In this document: piece after piece, positions 31,160 to 40,427 of the stretch
Layout: every line of letters starts with the position of its first letter
Position numbering within the stretch: the first letter of the stretch is position 1
Notes under the pieces: model-generated
What the model was told of the DNA's origin: nothing
Databases searched by the model: none
Seen by the model: the letters and a program-made list of their open reading frames with translations, nothing else
Made by a program: the position numbers and the translations under genes
NCBI GenBank assembly: GCA_041675085.1
Contig: JBAYUN010000002.1
Span: forward strand, 15,967-79,966
Direction: 5' to 3'
Length of the DNA stretch: 64,000 bases
Source of the DNA: Minisyncoccota bacterium
GTDB taxonomy: Bacteria; Patescibacteriota; Minisyncoccia; Phycocordibacterales; UBA9973

Positions 31160-31681
31160 ATGGATTTGAAAGAAAAATCAAAGAGACAAGAGATATTGAC
31201 TTCAGCACACAATGAATACGGGAAAGGTCTCGGTGTTCATGCTTTTTTCAAAACCCATAATCAAAATACGAGCAAAGACCTAGTACAAGATACTTTTATC
31301 AAAACCTGGAAATACTTATTGAAAGGTGGAAAAATAGAAATGATGAAAGCTTTTTTGTATCACGTACTAAACAACCTAATAGTAGATGAATACAGGAAAA
31401 AGAAAAGTGTCTCATTGGACGTCTTAACAGAAAAAGGTTTTGAGGTCGCAGAAAACAATACTGAAAATATAATCAATTTTCTAGATGGAAAAGTTGCTTT
31501 ATCTATGATATCAAAACTCCCTAAACCCTACCAAAAAATAATGAAGATGAAATATCTCGAAGATTTAAGCTTATCAGAAATGTCTCTAAAAACAGGTTTT
31601 ACAAAAAATTCTCTCGCCGTAAAATTACACAGAGGTCTAGAAAAACTCAAAAAAATATACAACAAAAAAACACTTCGTTAA
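31160..31681 (+). CDS. ECF RNA polymerase sigma factor
   Basis: DLVQDTFIKTW, AFLYHVLNNLIVDEYRKK (region 2); LSLSEMS...VKLHRGLEKL (region 4). Confidence 0.92.
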   Translation: MDLKEKSKRQEILTSAHNEYGKGLGVHAFFKTHNQNTSKDLVQDTFIKTWKYLLKGGKIEMMKAFLYHVLNNLIVDEYRKKKSVSLDVLTEKGFEVAENNTENIINFLDGKVALSMISKLPKPYQKIMKMKYLEDLSLSEMSLKTGFTKNSLAVKLHRGLEKLKKIYNKKTLR

Positions 31682-31693
31682 GAAGTGTTTTTT
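31665..31693. terminator. Bidirectional terminator
   Basis: AAAAAACACTTC-GTTAA-GAAGTGTTTTTT between convergent genes. Confidence 0.75.
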
Positions 31694-31711
31694 ATATTTC
31701 TTGTATCAATA

Positions 31712-32377
31712 TTATTGACCTGTTGTTAAAACAGTAGGCCAAATCAAAGTAGTATTACCACTCTTATCTTTTACCAAAACAGTATAATGATAAACTGTAT
31801 TTGGAGAAAGATTATTCAAAGTGAATTGCTTGTTGCTAGTAAAACCAAGATCCACATTTTTAGTACCTGTAATTTCGGGTACTTTTAATGACATCTCTCT
31901 ATCATCCCAATCTCTCCAAGTGAGGTTGTTTGTATCATAATACACTACAGCCATAACAGGCTCATTGGTATTAAAATTAATATTCACATTTCTACCTACA
32001 GGACTCACAGACAAGTTGTTGATAAAAGGAGCATTAGTATCAAGGTTCACACCAGAAGATATAAGATTATTTATTATATTTCTTGTACCAGGGCCGACTA
32101 TGCCGTCAGCGGTCAGATTGTAAGCTAATTGGAATTGAATAACTCCATCTTTGGTAGCTCTACCAAAATTCCCATCTTGAGATCCTCCAGGATAGATATC
32201 ATTATTTGAAGCCATAAAAGCCTGTAGAGCTTTGACGTTATTCCCTCTTGACCCTGATTTTAATGTCGTATTAGAGATTTGAGTAAAATCGGCACTTACA
32301 AATGAAGGAGCGACAGAAAACGCAAAAATCAAAACAAAAACACTTAAAATTCTAAACATAAATTTATTATTTTTCAT
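31712..32377 (-). CDS. Secreted peptidoglycan-binding-domain protein with FN3-like C-terminus
   Basis: Signal peptide, LKSGSRGNNVKALQ...DGIVGPGT, LNNLSPNTVYHY. Confidence 0.85.
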   Translation of the reverse strand: MKNNKFMFRILSVFVLIFAFSVAPSFVSADFTQISNTTLKSGSRGNNVKALQAFMASNNDIYPGGSQDGNFGRATKDGVIQFQLAYNLTADGIVGPGTRNIINNLISSGVNLDTNAPFINNLSVSPVGRNVNINFNTNEPVMAVVYYDTNNLTWRDWDDREMSLKVPEITGTKNVDLGFTSNKQFTLNNLSPNTVYHYTVLVKDKSGNTTLIWPTVLTTGQ

Positions 32378-32448
32378 AAAATTTTATAAATTAAACTAAT
32401 AAAGACTTTTAACATATAAGTCCGACAACTTGTAGTTACACCAATGAT

Positions 32449-32474
32449 GCCGTAATAGGCAATAAGATATTACA
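32449..32474 (-). promoter_or_regulatory. Putative ECF promoter 4
   Basis: TGTAAT-16 nt-CGGC upstream of PG-binding gene. Confidence 0.65.
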
Positions 32475-32515
32475 AAATCTTTTGTTTTAAAAATCTTTAT
32501 TGCTATAATATCCAA

Positions 32516-33262
32516 ATGGAAGAACAAGATTTGCAAAAAGAAAATGAGAGATTAAAACACCTAATCTCTATGAAAACTGACATGATATCTATCACCAGTC
32601 ACCAGGTCCGGACTTCTTTGTCAGGTCTAAAATGGATTATCAAAATGTTCCTAGATGGAGATTTGGGTAAACTAACCAATGAACAAGAAAGCTTATTGTT
32701 TAAAGCTTTTGACAGTAATGAGAGAGCTATCAATAATCTCAATGAATTACTACTAGCCAACAAAACAGAAAACGCACTAGAAAAAGAATACGTATTTGAG
32801 AAAATAAATCTCATGGAGATGATAGAATCCGCTATCTTTGATTTCTCTGGTGAGGCTCATTCTAAAGGTATCGAAGTTATCTTTTTGAAATCAGACATAG
32901 AACCAAAATACATAAAAGCTGACAAAGAAAAGATTCGTATCGTACTGCAAAATCTATTAGAGAATGCTATCAAATATAGTGATGCTCATGGGAAAATATT
33001 TCTTACAATAAAAGAAAAAGATGATCTAGTACAAATGTCTATAAAAGACACAGGTACCGGTATCTCCGAAGAAGGCAAACACAGGATTTTTGAAAAGTTC
33101 TATAGAGACAGTGAGGCAGAAAAGAGAGAAATAACTGGCACTGGTATAGGTCTTTATACAGTAAAACAAATAATAGAGAAAATAGGCGGTACGGTCTGGT
33201 TTGAGAGTAGTACTGGCGAAGGGACGACCTTCTTTTTCACAGCACCCGTCTATAAAGAATAA
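32516..33262 (+). CDS. Histidine kinase lacking a sensor domain
   Basis: H-box SHQVRTSL, NLLENAIKYS, DTGTGI, FEKFYR, GTGIGL; only about 20 aa before HisKA. Confidence 0.92.
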   Translation: MEEQDLQKENERLKHLISMKTDMISITSHQVRTSLSGLKWIIKMFLDGDLGKLTNEQESLLFKAFDSNERAINNLNELLLANKTENALEKEYVFEKINLMEMIESAIFDFSGEAHSKGIEVIFLKSDIEPKYIKADKEKIRIVLQNLLENAIKYSDAHGKIFLTIKEKDDLVQMSIKDTGTGISEEGKHRIFEKFYRDSEAEKREITGTGIGLYTVKQIIEKIGGTVWFESSTGEGTTFFFTAPVYKE

Positions 33263-33363
33263 TATTTGCACTTAGTTTCAACTAAGGTATAATTTAAGTA
33301 TATCAAAAAAGTAATATCAAAAGATTATTAGTCGAGCAATAAAAACTTAAAATAAATAACAAA

Positions 33364-33735
33364 ATGACAAAAACTGTACTTATAATAGAAGACGATGATT
33401 TCCTACAAGGACTCGAAGCCAAAAAACTTACAAAAGAAGGTTACAACGTACTAACTGCATCTAATAGCGCTGATGCTTTCAAGCAAATAGAAAACACAGA
33501 GAAAATAGATATTATTCTTTTAGACCTATTGTTGCCTGATGTAGACGGTTTTACTATTCTTAAAATGATACGCGAGAATGCTAAAGTCTCTATGTCCCCT
33601 GTTATCGTATTCTCAAACCTAGCCGAAGAAAAAGATATCGCAGCTGCTAACAAACTAGGTATTAGTGATTTTATGATTAAATCAAATTTCACTCTCGACG
33701 AACTCGTAACAAAAATCAAATCACTCATCGGATAA
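33364..33735 (+). CDS. Single-domain response regulator
   Basis: LIIEDDD, LLDLLLPDVDG, FMIKS. Confidence 0.92.
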   Translation: MTKTVLIIEDDDFLQGLEAKKLTKEGYNVLTASNSADAFKQIENTEKIDIILLDLLLPDVDGFTILKMIRENAKVSMSPVIVFSNLAEEKDIAAANKLGISDFMIKSNFTLDELVTKIKSLIG

Positions 33736-33736
33736 A

Positions 33737-35932
33737 ATGCATCTCTCCGACAAACTTGAAATAAAATTTCGTTTAGACGAAAACCAGAAAAAAGCTTTAA
33801 AACGCTTAAATATTTTTTCTGTATCTGATTTATTATTTCACTTCCCTGTACGTTATAGTAATATTAGCGAAGTTAAAAGGATTATAGAATTAGTCGAGGG
33901 TGAGACTGCTACTGTCTACGGCAAAATCTCTAAACTTAAAACCAAAAAAAGTTTTAAGTCGAATATACCTATGGGTGAAGGTTATGTCGAGGACCTCACA
34001 GGCAAAATAAAAATCATCTGGTTTCACCAAGCCTATCTAGCTAAAATGATAAAAGAAGGTGAAAATGTAAAAATCACTGGTAAAGTCACAGGTAATAAAA
34101 GTGGTATATATTTAGCAAATCCAGAATTCGAAAAGACTAAAGATATGCCGATAGATATGCATGACAGTTTATTTAATACTGATCAAAACAAAGAAGATGC
34201 TACTGGTTTCTCATATCCGGTATATCAAGAAAGCCGAGGTATTACCTCAAAATGGTTCTATCATGCTATTGATAAAATCCTAAAAGAAAAAAGTCTTGAT
34301 AATTTAGTTGAATATATTCCAGATGAGATTTTAAAAAAATACAATCTCCCTTCCCTCTCTACAGCTCTCGTCTGGATTCATAGACCTAAAAATGAAGCTG
34401 ATGCTAGTGCCGCTCGCAAGAGATTTGCCTTCGAAGAAGTATTTTGTATTCAACTCGAACGTCAACATGACAAAATAGAATACAGGAAAAATAAATCTTT
34501 TCAAATCAATACATCAAAAGAACAGACAGATAAATTTTTAAAAAGTTTCCCATTTAGTCCTACCAATTCCCAAATAAATTCTATCAATACTATCCTCGAA
34601 GATATGGGGCGGAGTTACCCTATGTCGAGATTACTCGAAGGAGATGTCGGTTCGGGTAAAACCTTGGTTGCAGCCGCGAGCGCTTATGCGACTATAATGC
34701 AAAGACCGATTGACTTAAAAGGCAAGCTCCAGACTTTTGGCAATCTAGGAGTCGCGTACATGGCTCCGACTGAAATACTAGCAACCCAACATTTTGAATC
34801 TTTTATAAAATACTTCAATCCAGAAGTCATGGGTTCTAATATCAATATCGGACTTATTACTGGCTCTGGGTGCCGGAAATATCCTTCTAAAACCAATCCG
34901 AATACTTGGACGGATATTTCTCGTACTCAACTTTTGAAATGGGTAGCCAATGGAGAGATACCTATTCTTATAGGTACTCATGCCCTGATTCAAAAATCTG
35001 TCAAATTCCAAAACTTGGCTTTAGTGATAATAGATGAGCAACATCGTTTCGGTACCAAGCAAAGACGTGAATTAGTTAAAAAAGATAATATCTATCCTCA
35101 CTTATTATCTATGACTGCGACCCCTATCCCCCGCACTCTAGCTCTGACTATTTACGGAGACTTGGATTTATCTCTACTAGAAGAAATGCCTATGGGTAGA
35201 AAACCTATCATCACAGATATCATCATACCAACAAAACGTGAAGAGACTTATAAAAAAATTCATGCAGAATTAGAAAAAGGTAAACAACTCTACGTTATCT
35301 GCCCTCGTATTAACGAACCCGATCCTGACATGGAGCTCGCACTCAACGTCAAAAGTGCTGAAGCTGAAGCTAAAAGACTTAAAAAAGAAGTCTTCCAAAA
35401 ATACGAAATAGGAGTGTTGCACTCCAAAATGACTAAGCAAAAAAAGGAGCTCGTGATGCAAGATTTTAAAGATAAAAAATTAGATATACTAGTGGCTACA
35501 TCCGTGATAGAAGTCGGGGTGAATGTACCAAACGCTACTATTATCATCATAGAAGGAGCCGAGAGATTTGGACTAGCTCAATTGCATCAACTCCGTGGTA
35601 GAGTTATACGTTCTAATGATCAAGCGTACTGCTATGTATTCGCTGAAGCAAAAAGTCAAAAGACTATCGATAGATTGAATGCACTCAAGACTGCAAAGAA
35701 TGGTTTTGAACTGGCAGAACTCGACCTAACTCTGCGCGGAGCTGGAGAGCTCGGCGGAGGTAAGCAATGGGGTATCACTGATCTCGGCATGGAAGCTATC
35801 AAGAATATCAAAATGGTCACCTTCGCTCGCGAAGAAGCGATACAGATGATATCAAAAGATCCCGAACTCACCCAATATCCCCTACTGAAAAAAATAGTAA
35901 AACAAAAAGCTGGCGAGTTTCATTTTGAATAA
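33737..35932 (+). CDS. recG: ATP-dependent DNA helicase RecG
   Basis: RLLEGDVGSGKT, MAPTEILA, DEQHRFG, MTATPIPRTL, AERFGLAQLHQLRGRV. Confidence 0.97.
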   Translation: MHLSDKLEIKFRLDENQKKALKRLNIFSVSDLLFHFPVRYSNISEVKRIIELVEGETATVYGKISKLKTKKSFKSNIPMGEGYVEDLTGKIKIIWFHQAYLAKMIKEGENVKITGKVTGNKSGIYLANPEFEKTKDMPIDMHDSLFNTDQNKEDATGFSYPVYQESRGITSKWFYHAIDKILKEKSLDNLVEYIPDEILKKYNLPSLSTALVWIHRPKNEADASAARKRFAFEEVFCIQLERQHDKIEYRKNKSFQINTSKEQTDKFLKSFPFSPTNSQINSINTILEDMGRSYPMSRLLEGDVGSGKTLVAAASAYATIMQRPIDLKGKLQTFGNLGVAYMAPTEILATQHFESFIKYFNPEVMGSNINIGLITGSGCRKYPSKTNPNTWTDISRTQLLKWVANGEIPILIGTHALIQKSVKFQNLALVIIDEQHRFGTKQRRELVKKDNIYPHLLSMTATPIPRTLALTIYGDLDLSLLEEMPMGRKPIITDIIIPTKREETYKKIHAELEKGKQLYVICPRINEPDPDMELALNVKSAEAEAKRLKKEVFQKYEIGVLHSKMTKQKKELVMQDFKDKKLDILVATSVIEVGVNVPNATIIIIEGAERFGLAQLHQLRGRVIRSNDQAYCYVFAEAKSQKTIDRLNALKTAKNGFELAELDLTLRGAGELGGGKQWGITDLGMEAIKNIKMVTFAREEAIQMISKDPELTQYPLLKKIVKQKAGEFHFE

Positions 35933-36718
35933 TTAAATCTTAAATATTCTTTTTATATTTTCGCGAATTTGAGTTGTAGTATTTTCTAAATCCAACCCTT
36001 TAATTTCAGCTATTTTCTTAACAACTTCAATAACCATAAATGGTTCACAAGTCTTGCCTCGGTATGGAACCGGTGCGGCAAAAGGTGCATCAGTCTCTGC
36101 CATGATATTCTCTATTGGTAAGAATTTAATAACTTCATCATAATCACGAGAGAAAGTAATAGGCCCATCATAAGACACAGTCCAATTATTCTCTATAATC
36201 CTTTTAGCTATTTCTAAATCTCCGACAAAGAAATGAAAATTCGCATGCAATGTAGTATTTTGTTTTTTATATATTTCTAATATATCGAGTGCGTCTATAT
36301 ACGCATCCTGACTGCCCTTGCTCGGACGAGCATGAATCATTAGAGGTTTATTAAGTTCTATAGCTAGTTCAATATGCTGTTTAAAAATTTCTTTTTGGCG
36401 AACCTTAAAATCTTCGCCTTCATTTCTAAAATAGTCGAGTCCCGTCTCCCCTATGCAAACCACTTTCTCATTTTGAGCTAATTGTCTGTATTTTTCTATA
36501 TCCAATTCTTCAGTCAGATTATCATTCGGATGAAGTCCTACTCCTGCATAAATAAAATCATATTTCATAGCCATTTCTAAAGCCTTAGAAGAAGTCTCAT
36601 AATCCACTCCGATAGTTATAGTCCCGGTATCCTGCTCGACCATACGAGCAATAACCTCATCCTCCGAGGATAATAAAGGTTCTAAGTTAATGTGCGAATG
36701 TATGTCTATGTATTTCAT
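35933..36718 (-). CDS. tatD: TatD family nuclease
   Basis: DIHSH, GLHP, IGETGLDY, MIHAR, ETDAPF. Confidence 0.95.
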   Translation of the reverse strand: MKYIDIHSHINLEPLLSSEDEVIARMVEQDTGTITIGVDYETSSKALEMAMKYDFIYAGVGLHPNDNLTEELDIEKYRQLAQNEKVVCIGETGLDYFRNEGEDFKVRQKEIFKQHIELAIELNKPLMIHARPSKGSQDAYIDALDILEIYKKQNTTLHANFHFFVGDLEIAKRIIENNWTVSYDGPITFSRDYDEVIKFLPIENIMAETDAPFAAPVPYRGKTCEPFMVIEVVKKIAEIKGLDLENTTTQIRENIKRIFKI

Positions 36719-36848
36719 CCCGTTAAATATTTTTGATTATTTTATAATTATATTGTACGTTATTATTATTTAATTACCTATCATTTACATATACCCGTTG
36801 TTAAAATTTTTAACGGGATTCATATACCTATCTTTACATAAAAAGACA

Positions 36849-36924
36849 AACCCCGTCAATCTCGATTGACGGGGTAAATAAAAAAGCGGTAAGTCATATT
36901 ACCGCTTTAAAAAATTATCCAATT
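36849..36924. repeat. Double-hairpin downstream element, copy A
   Basis: CCCCGTCAATC-TC-GATTGACGGGG, then AAAGCGGTAA...TTACCGCTTT and AATTATCCAATT; repeated at 37885-37946. Confidence 0.75.
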
Positions 36925-36926
36925 TA

Positions 36927-37805
36927 TTACATTTTGCTATATTTAACCCAACCTTTTATACAAATAAAAATAGAAGGGATTATCATAATAATATGAGTAA
37001 GGCTAATTACTAAAGATATTAATATAAAAATACAGACTAGTACAATAGACCAAATTACTAAAGTTTTTTTAAATTTTTCAAAATGATAACTTTCTGGAAG
37101 TCCATCTAGCACAAGGGCTAAAAATAAAATTATGAGAAAAAGCCAAGTTCCCGCAGAGAAAAGATCATTCGTTTTTTCAGAGTCTAAATACAGATGCAAA
37201 AAAATCCCAGTACAAATTATCAAAAAAATAAAGAAACTCCAAGCTGAGATATTCATAGCTTTTTTAGACTCCTTGCCGACCAGATAAATTCGAGTACAAA
37301 TATACAAGACTACAAAAAGACTAAACAAGTAAACATAGCTGAATCCACTTTCAGTAATAATTTTTGTATCCAGATACAATAAATTATCTTTTTTTAATAA
37401 TCTTTTCTCTTCAAACTCAACATGTTGAGTCCAAAAATCATCTTTTTTAAAATAGATCCTTAAATATTCTTTTTTATAAAGATTATTTTTCAAAAAATAC
37501 AATCCCAAAATAAATGAATCTGGGACTTTTACAGCTGAAGTATCCAAAAGGTACTCTTTAAACCCTAATTTCTTTGTGCGATACAAGTCGCATTCAGGAC
37601 TAGCTGGGACACAAGCAGAAGAATCTTCTTCGTAATGTGTGATAAATCTAACGAAGACTTTGTTGCCTTTATAGACTCTTTTTATTTCTGTTTTTATTGC
37701 TTTTTTTATAACCAGACTTTCTTGTGAAAAGAGATTAAAAACAAAACAAAAACCTAACATTACCAATAAAATTGGCAAAATATCAAAGAACTTAAAATTT
37801 TTCAT
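36927..37805 (-). CDS. Hypothetical membrane protein
   Basis: 292 aa, N-terminal hydrophobic helix, soluble region, several C-terminal TM helices. Confidence 0.7.
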   Translation of the reverse strand: MKNFKFFDILPILLVMLGFCFVFNLFSQESLVIKKAIKTEIKRVYKGNKVFVRFITHYEEDSSACVPASPECDLYRTKKLGFKEYLLDTSAVKVPDSFILGLYFLKNNLYKKEYLRIYFKKDDFWTQHVEFEEKRLLKKDNLLYLDTKIITESGFSYVYLFSLFVVLYICTRIYLVGKESKKAMNISAWSFFIFLIICTGIFLHLYLDSEKTNDLFSAGTWLFLIILFLALVLDGLPESYHFEKFKKTLVIWSIVLVCIFILISLVISLTHIIMIIPSIFICIKGWVKYSKM

Positions 37806-37884
37806 TTAAATAAATTTAAGAGTTAAAAAATTATTTCCTAAAAACTATATCATAAAATACAGAAAAAACAAATAAAAAACGGTG

Positions 37885-37946
37885 ATCGAGATTGACGGGG
37901 CAAATAAAAAAAGCGGTGTAAAACCGCTTTTAAGAATTATCCAATT
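37885..37946. repeat. Double-hairpin downstream element, copy B (first hairpin halved)
   Basis: ATCGAGATTGACGGGGCAAATAAAAAAAGCGGTGTAAAACCGCTTTTAAGAATTATCCAATT. Confidence 0.75.
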
Positions 37947-37957
37947 AAATTTCAAAA

Positions 37958-38404
37958 TTAAGTATTTCCTTCTCTGAAAAAATTTGGACCTAAAATTATT
38001 ATTAACATAATAATCAAAATGGCAACTACAAATAAAAACCAAAATCCCTGCCAAGAATTATAATAATTTTTGATAAAAATAACTTGGGTTATAGAAATCA
38101 AGCAGATAGAAATAAAAGACCAAAAAAGATTTTTATCATTATTTATTTTACCTTTAAGGTGCAAGTAAAAACTATAAACAAAATAACAAAAATAAATTAA
38201 AATTAGAACAAGAAAACTTATTTTTGCACCCGAAAGACTCAGAGAGCCAGCATGGTTCACTAAACCTGAAAAAAATCCTAACCATGACATATTTGCAAGA
38301 AAAATATAGTTTTGTTTTGAACTGAAAATCAAGATAAAAAAGGAAATCCAAAGGCAAATATAAGGCATTATTTGCAGAAACAAGAAAAGATCAAAATTTT
38401 TCAT
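37958..38404 (-). CDS. Hypothetical membrane protein
   Basis: 148 aa, mostly hydrophobic. Confidence 0.6.
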   Translation of the reverse strand: MKNFDLFLFLQIMPYICLWISFFILIFSSKQNYIFLANMSWLGFFSGLVNHAGSLSLSGAKISFLVLILIYFCYFVYSFYLHLKGKINNDKNLFWSFISICLISITQVIFIKNYYNSWQGFWFLFVVAILIIMLIIILGPNFFREGNT

Positions 38405-38518
38405 ATTTTACAATTTATGAAATTAGAAAATAACAAACATCTCCCAAAAGATACCATATGAGATAGATATTGTAAAGGTTTTCGTAATGGTTAAATACCT
38501 TGGAATCACCACACATGA

Positions 38519-38911
38519 TTACCGATTCACCTCACCCCTACCCCTCTCCTTTATAAGGAGAGGGGTTTTAAATGCAGTCTTAATTTTTAAAATTACTTCT
38601 TCAATATCCTTATTTATTTCACTATTCCAAAAACGAATTACTCTAATACCAAATACAGCTAAATAATCTGATCTTAACTTGTCGTACTCTTTTTCTTCAC
38701 GGTGTTGAGCACCATCAATCTCTATTGCTAATTTTTTTGAAGCACAATAAAAATCCAAAAGATATGGGCCAACAGAATATTGTCTTTTAATTTTAAAACC
38801 AAGTTGGCTATTTCTTACTTTCGCCCAAAGCAAAGTTTCTTCTTTGGTTTGAGATTTTCTTAATAACACGCGTTTAGTTAAATTTTTTGTTTGATTGTAA
38901 AAAATTGTCAT
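38519..38911 (-). CDS. DUF559 / Vsr-like endonuclease
   Basis: LRKSQTKEETLLW, KRQYSVGPYLLDFYC, LAIEIDGAQH, DKLRSDYL, VIRFWN. Confidence 0.92.
   Translation of the reverse strand: MTIFYNQTKNLTKRVLLRKSQTKEETLLWAKVRNSQLGFKIKRQYSVGPYLLDFYCASKKLAIEIDGAQHREEKEYDKLRSDYLAVFGIRVIRFWNSEINKDIEEVILKIKTAFKTPLLIKERGRGEVNR
38529..38565. repeat. Palindromic terminal repeat, left of DUF559 gene
   Basis: ACCTCACCCCTACCCCTCTCCTTTATAAGGAGAGGGG. Confidence 0.9.
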
Positions 38912-38943
38912 ACAAAGAATTTTATGTATTTTGTATTTAATTT

Positions 38944-38979
38944 CCCCTCTCCTTTATAAGGAGAGGGCTAGGGTGAGGT
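38944..38979. repeat. Palindromic terminal repeat, right of DUF559 gene (inverted)
   Basis: CCCCTCTCCTTTATAAGGAGAGGGCTAGGGTGAGGT. Confidence 0.9.
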
Positions 38980-38981
38980 TC

Positions 38982-40427
38982 TTAATCCTTTCTTAGGAAT
39001 AAAGGTTGTTCTGGTTTTTTGTTTTCTTTTATTAATTGGATTATCTTTATTGAAGTTTCTGGCAAAAAAGCTTCCAGGGATTTTCCTATATCATACAACC
39101 TTGTAACATACTCAATTATTAAAGCTTTACCTTTATCCTCGTCTGTTTTGATAACTCTAAAAGCTTGAGTCTCTTGAATATACTTATCTAGAATATCAAT
39201 TAAGTTCCAAATTGCATTCATTGCTTCATTAATTTTATATTGCTCTAAAGACAAAGAAATTTGAGGAGGGATCAAAAAACCTCGACTCAAAGAAAAATCC
39301 TTAAGATATTTTTCAGACAAAGTCAAAATGCGACTTGTTAGATTCCCTAGACCGTTCGCTAGTCCTGCATTATAAGCATCTAGGAATCTCTCGCGCGTAA
39401 AAGGACTATCTTCAAAACTTGAGATTTCACGTAGCATAAAATATCTCAAGGCATCAGTACCGTATTCTTCTACTATCTCCCTTGGATTCACTACGTTACC
39501 TAAAGTCTTACTCATCTTTACTCCACCGTCCCCTGTGATAAAACCATTTACTACTATTTGATTTGAGTTTTGGAAATCTGCAGCCATAAGCATAGCTTGC
39601 CACATAGCTCCTTGAAAACGAGTATTATCTTTACCACAATATTGTGTAGGAGTACCAGATACCCAATATTTTTCAAATTGCTCTTTATTATTCTGCCAAT
39701 CTAAAGTATTGATATAGTTGGTCAATGCATCAAACCAAACATACATAACATGCTCAGGATCGTTAGGCACAGGTATACCCCAAGGCATCTTCGATGCGAG
39801 TCTTGAAATAGAAAAATCATTGAGTCCTCTTTCTACAAACATTTTGATTTCATTATAGCGGAATTCTGGAATTATAAAATTAGGATTATCTTCGTAAAAT
39901 TTTAAAAGCTTCTCAGTAAAGCTACTGTATTTGAAAAAGTAATTCTCTTCACTAATAGTCTGCAATTCTCGCCCATCATGATCTGGACAGAATCCAGCTT
40001 CATTAAGTTCGCTATGTGTTTTTTCACTTTCACAACCTACACAATATTTCGCCTCGTAATTTTTCTTGTAAATATATCCGTTATTATATACCCTACTCCA
40101 GAACTCTTGAGCTAGTTTTATATGATTCTCATCAGTCGTGCGAATAAAATGAATATCTTTACTCATACCAAAAGATTCTAAAGAATCTTTAAATTTTGAA
40201 AAATTTTTATCTACAAAATTCTGTACTTCGATGCCTTCTTCCTGGGCCTTTTCTAAAATTTTAGTACCATGCTCATCTGTACCAGTATTAAAAAACACAT
40301 CAAAACCTTGAAGTTTTTTGTAGCGAGCTATAGCATCAGCTCGAATGAATTCTAAAGCATGCCCCATATGAAGCTCAGCGTTCACATAAGGTAATGTAGT
40401 CGTTAAATAAAAGCTAGTTTGTTTCAT
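38982..40427 (-). CDS. metG: Methionine--tRNA ligase
   Basis: LPYVNAELHMGH, TGTDEHG, YVWFDAL, KMSKTLGN. Confidence 0.96.
   Translation of the reverse strand: MKQTSFYLTTTLPYVNAELHMGHALEFIRADAIARYKKLQGFDVFFNTGTDEHGTKILEKAQEEGIEVQNFVDKNFSKFKDSLESFGMSKDIHFIRTTDENHIKLAQEFWSRVYNNGYIYKKNYEAKYCVGCESEKTHSELNEAGFCPDHDGRELQTISEENYFFKYSSFTEKLLKFYEDNPNFIIPEFRYNEIKMFVERGLNDFSISRLASKMPWGIPVPNDPEHVMYVWFDALTNYINTLDWQNNKEQFEKYWVSGTPTQYCGKDNTRFQGAMWQAMLMAADFQNSNQIVVNGFITGDGGVKMSKTLGNVVNPREIVEEYGTDALRYFMLREISSFEDSPFTRERFLDAYNAGLANGLGNLTSRILTLSEKYLKDFSLSRGFLIPPQISLSLEQYKINEAMNAIWNLIDILDKYIQETQAFRVIKTDEDKGKALIIEYVTRLYDIGKSLEAFLPETSIKIIQLIKENKKPEQPLFLRKD

Noticed and set aside
34690-34930. Extra peptide segments in RecG
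   Set aside because: No palindromic DNA seen; probably lineage-specific protein loops
36849-37946. Integron attC sites
   Set aside because: No RYYYAAC/GTTRRRY boundaries and no integrase; kept only as an unexplained repeat
39260-39291. Hairpin TTTGAG-GAGG...CCTC-GA-CTCAAA in metG as another inserted element
   Set aside because: Short, imperfect and without similarity to the other elements; cannot be told from chance without an alignment
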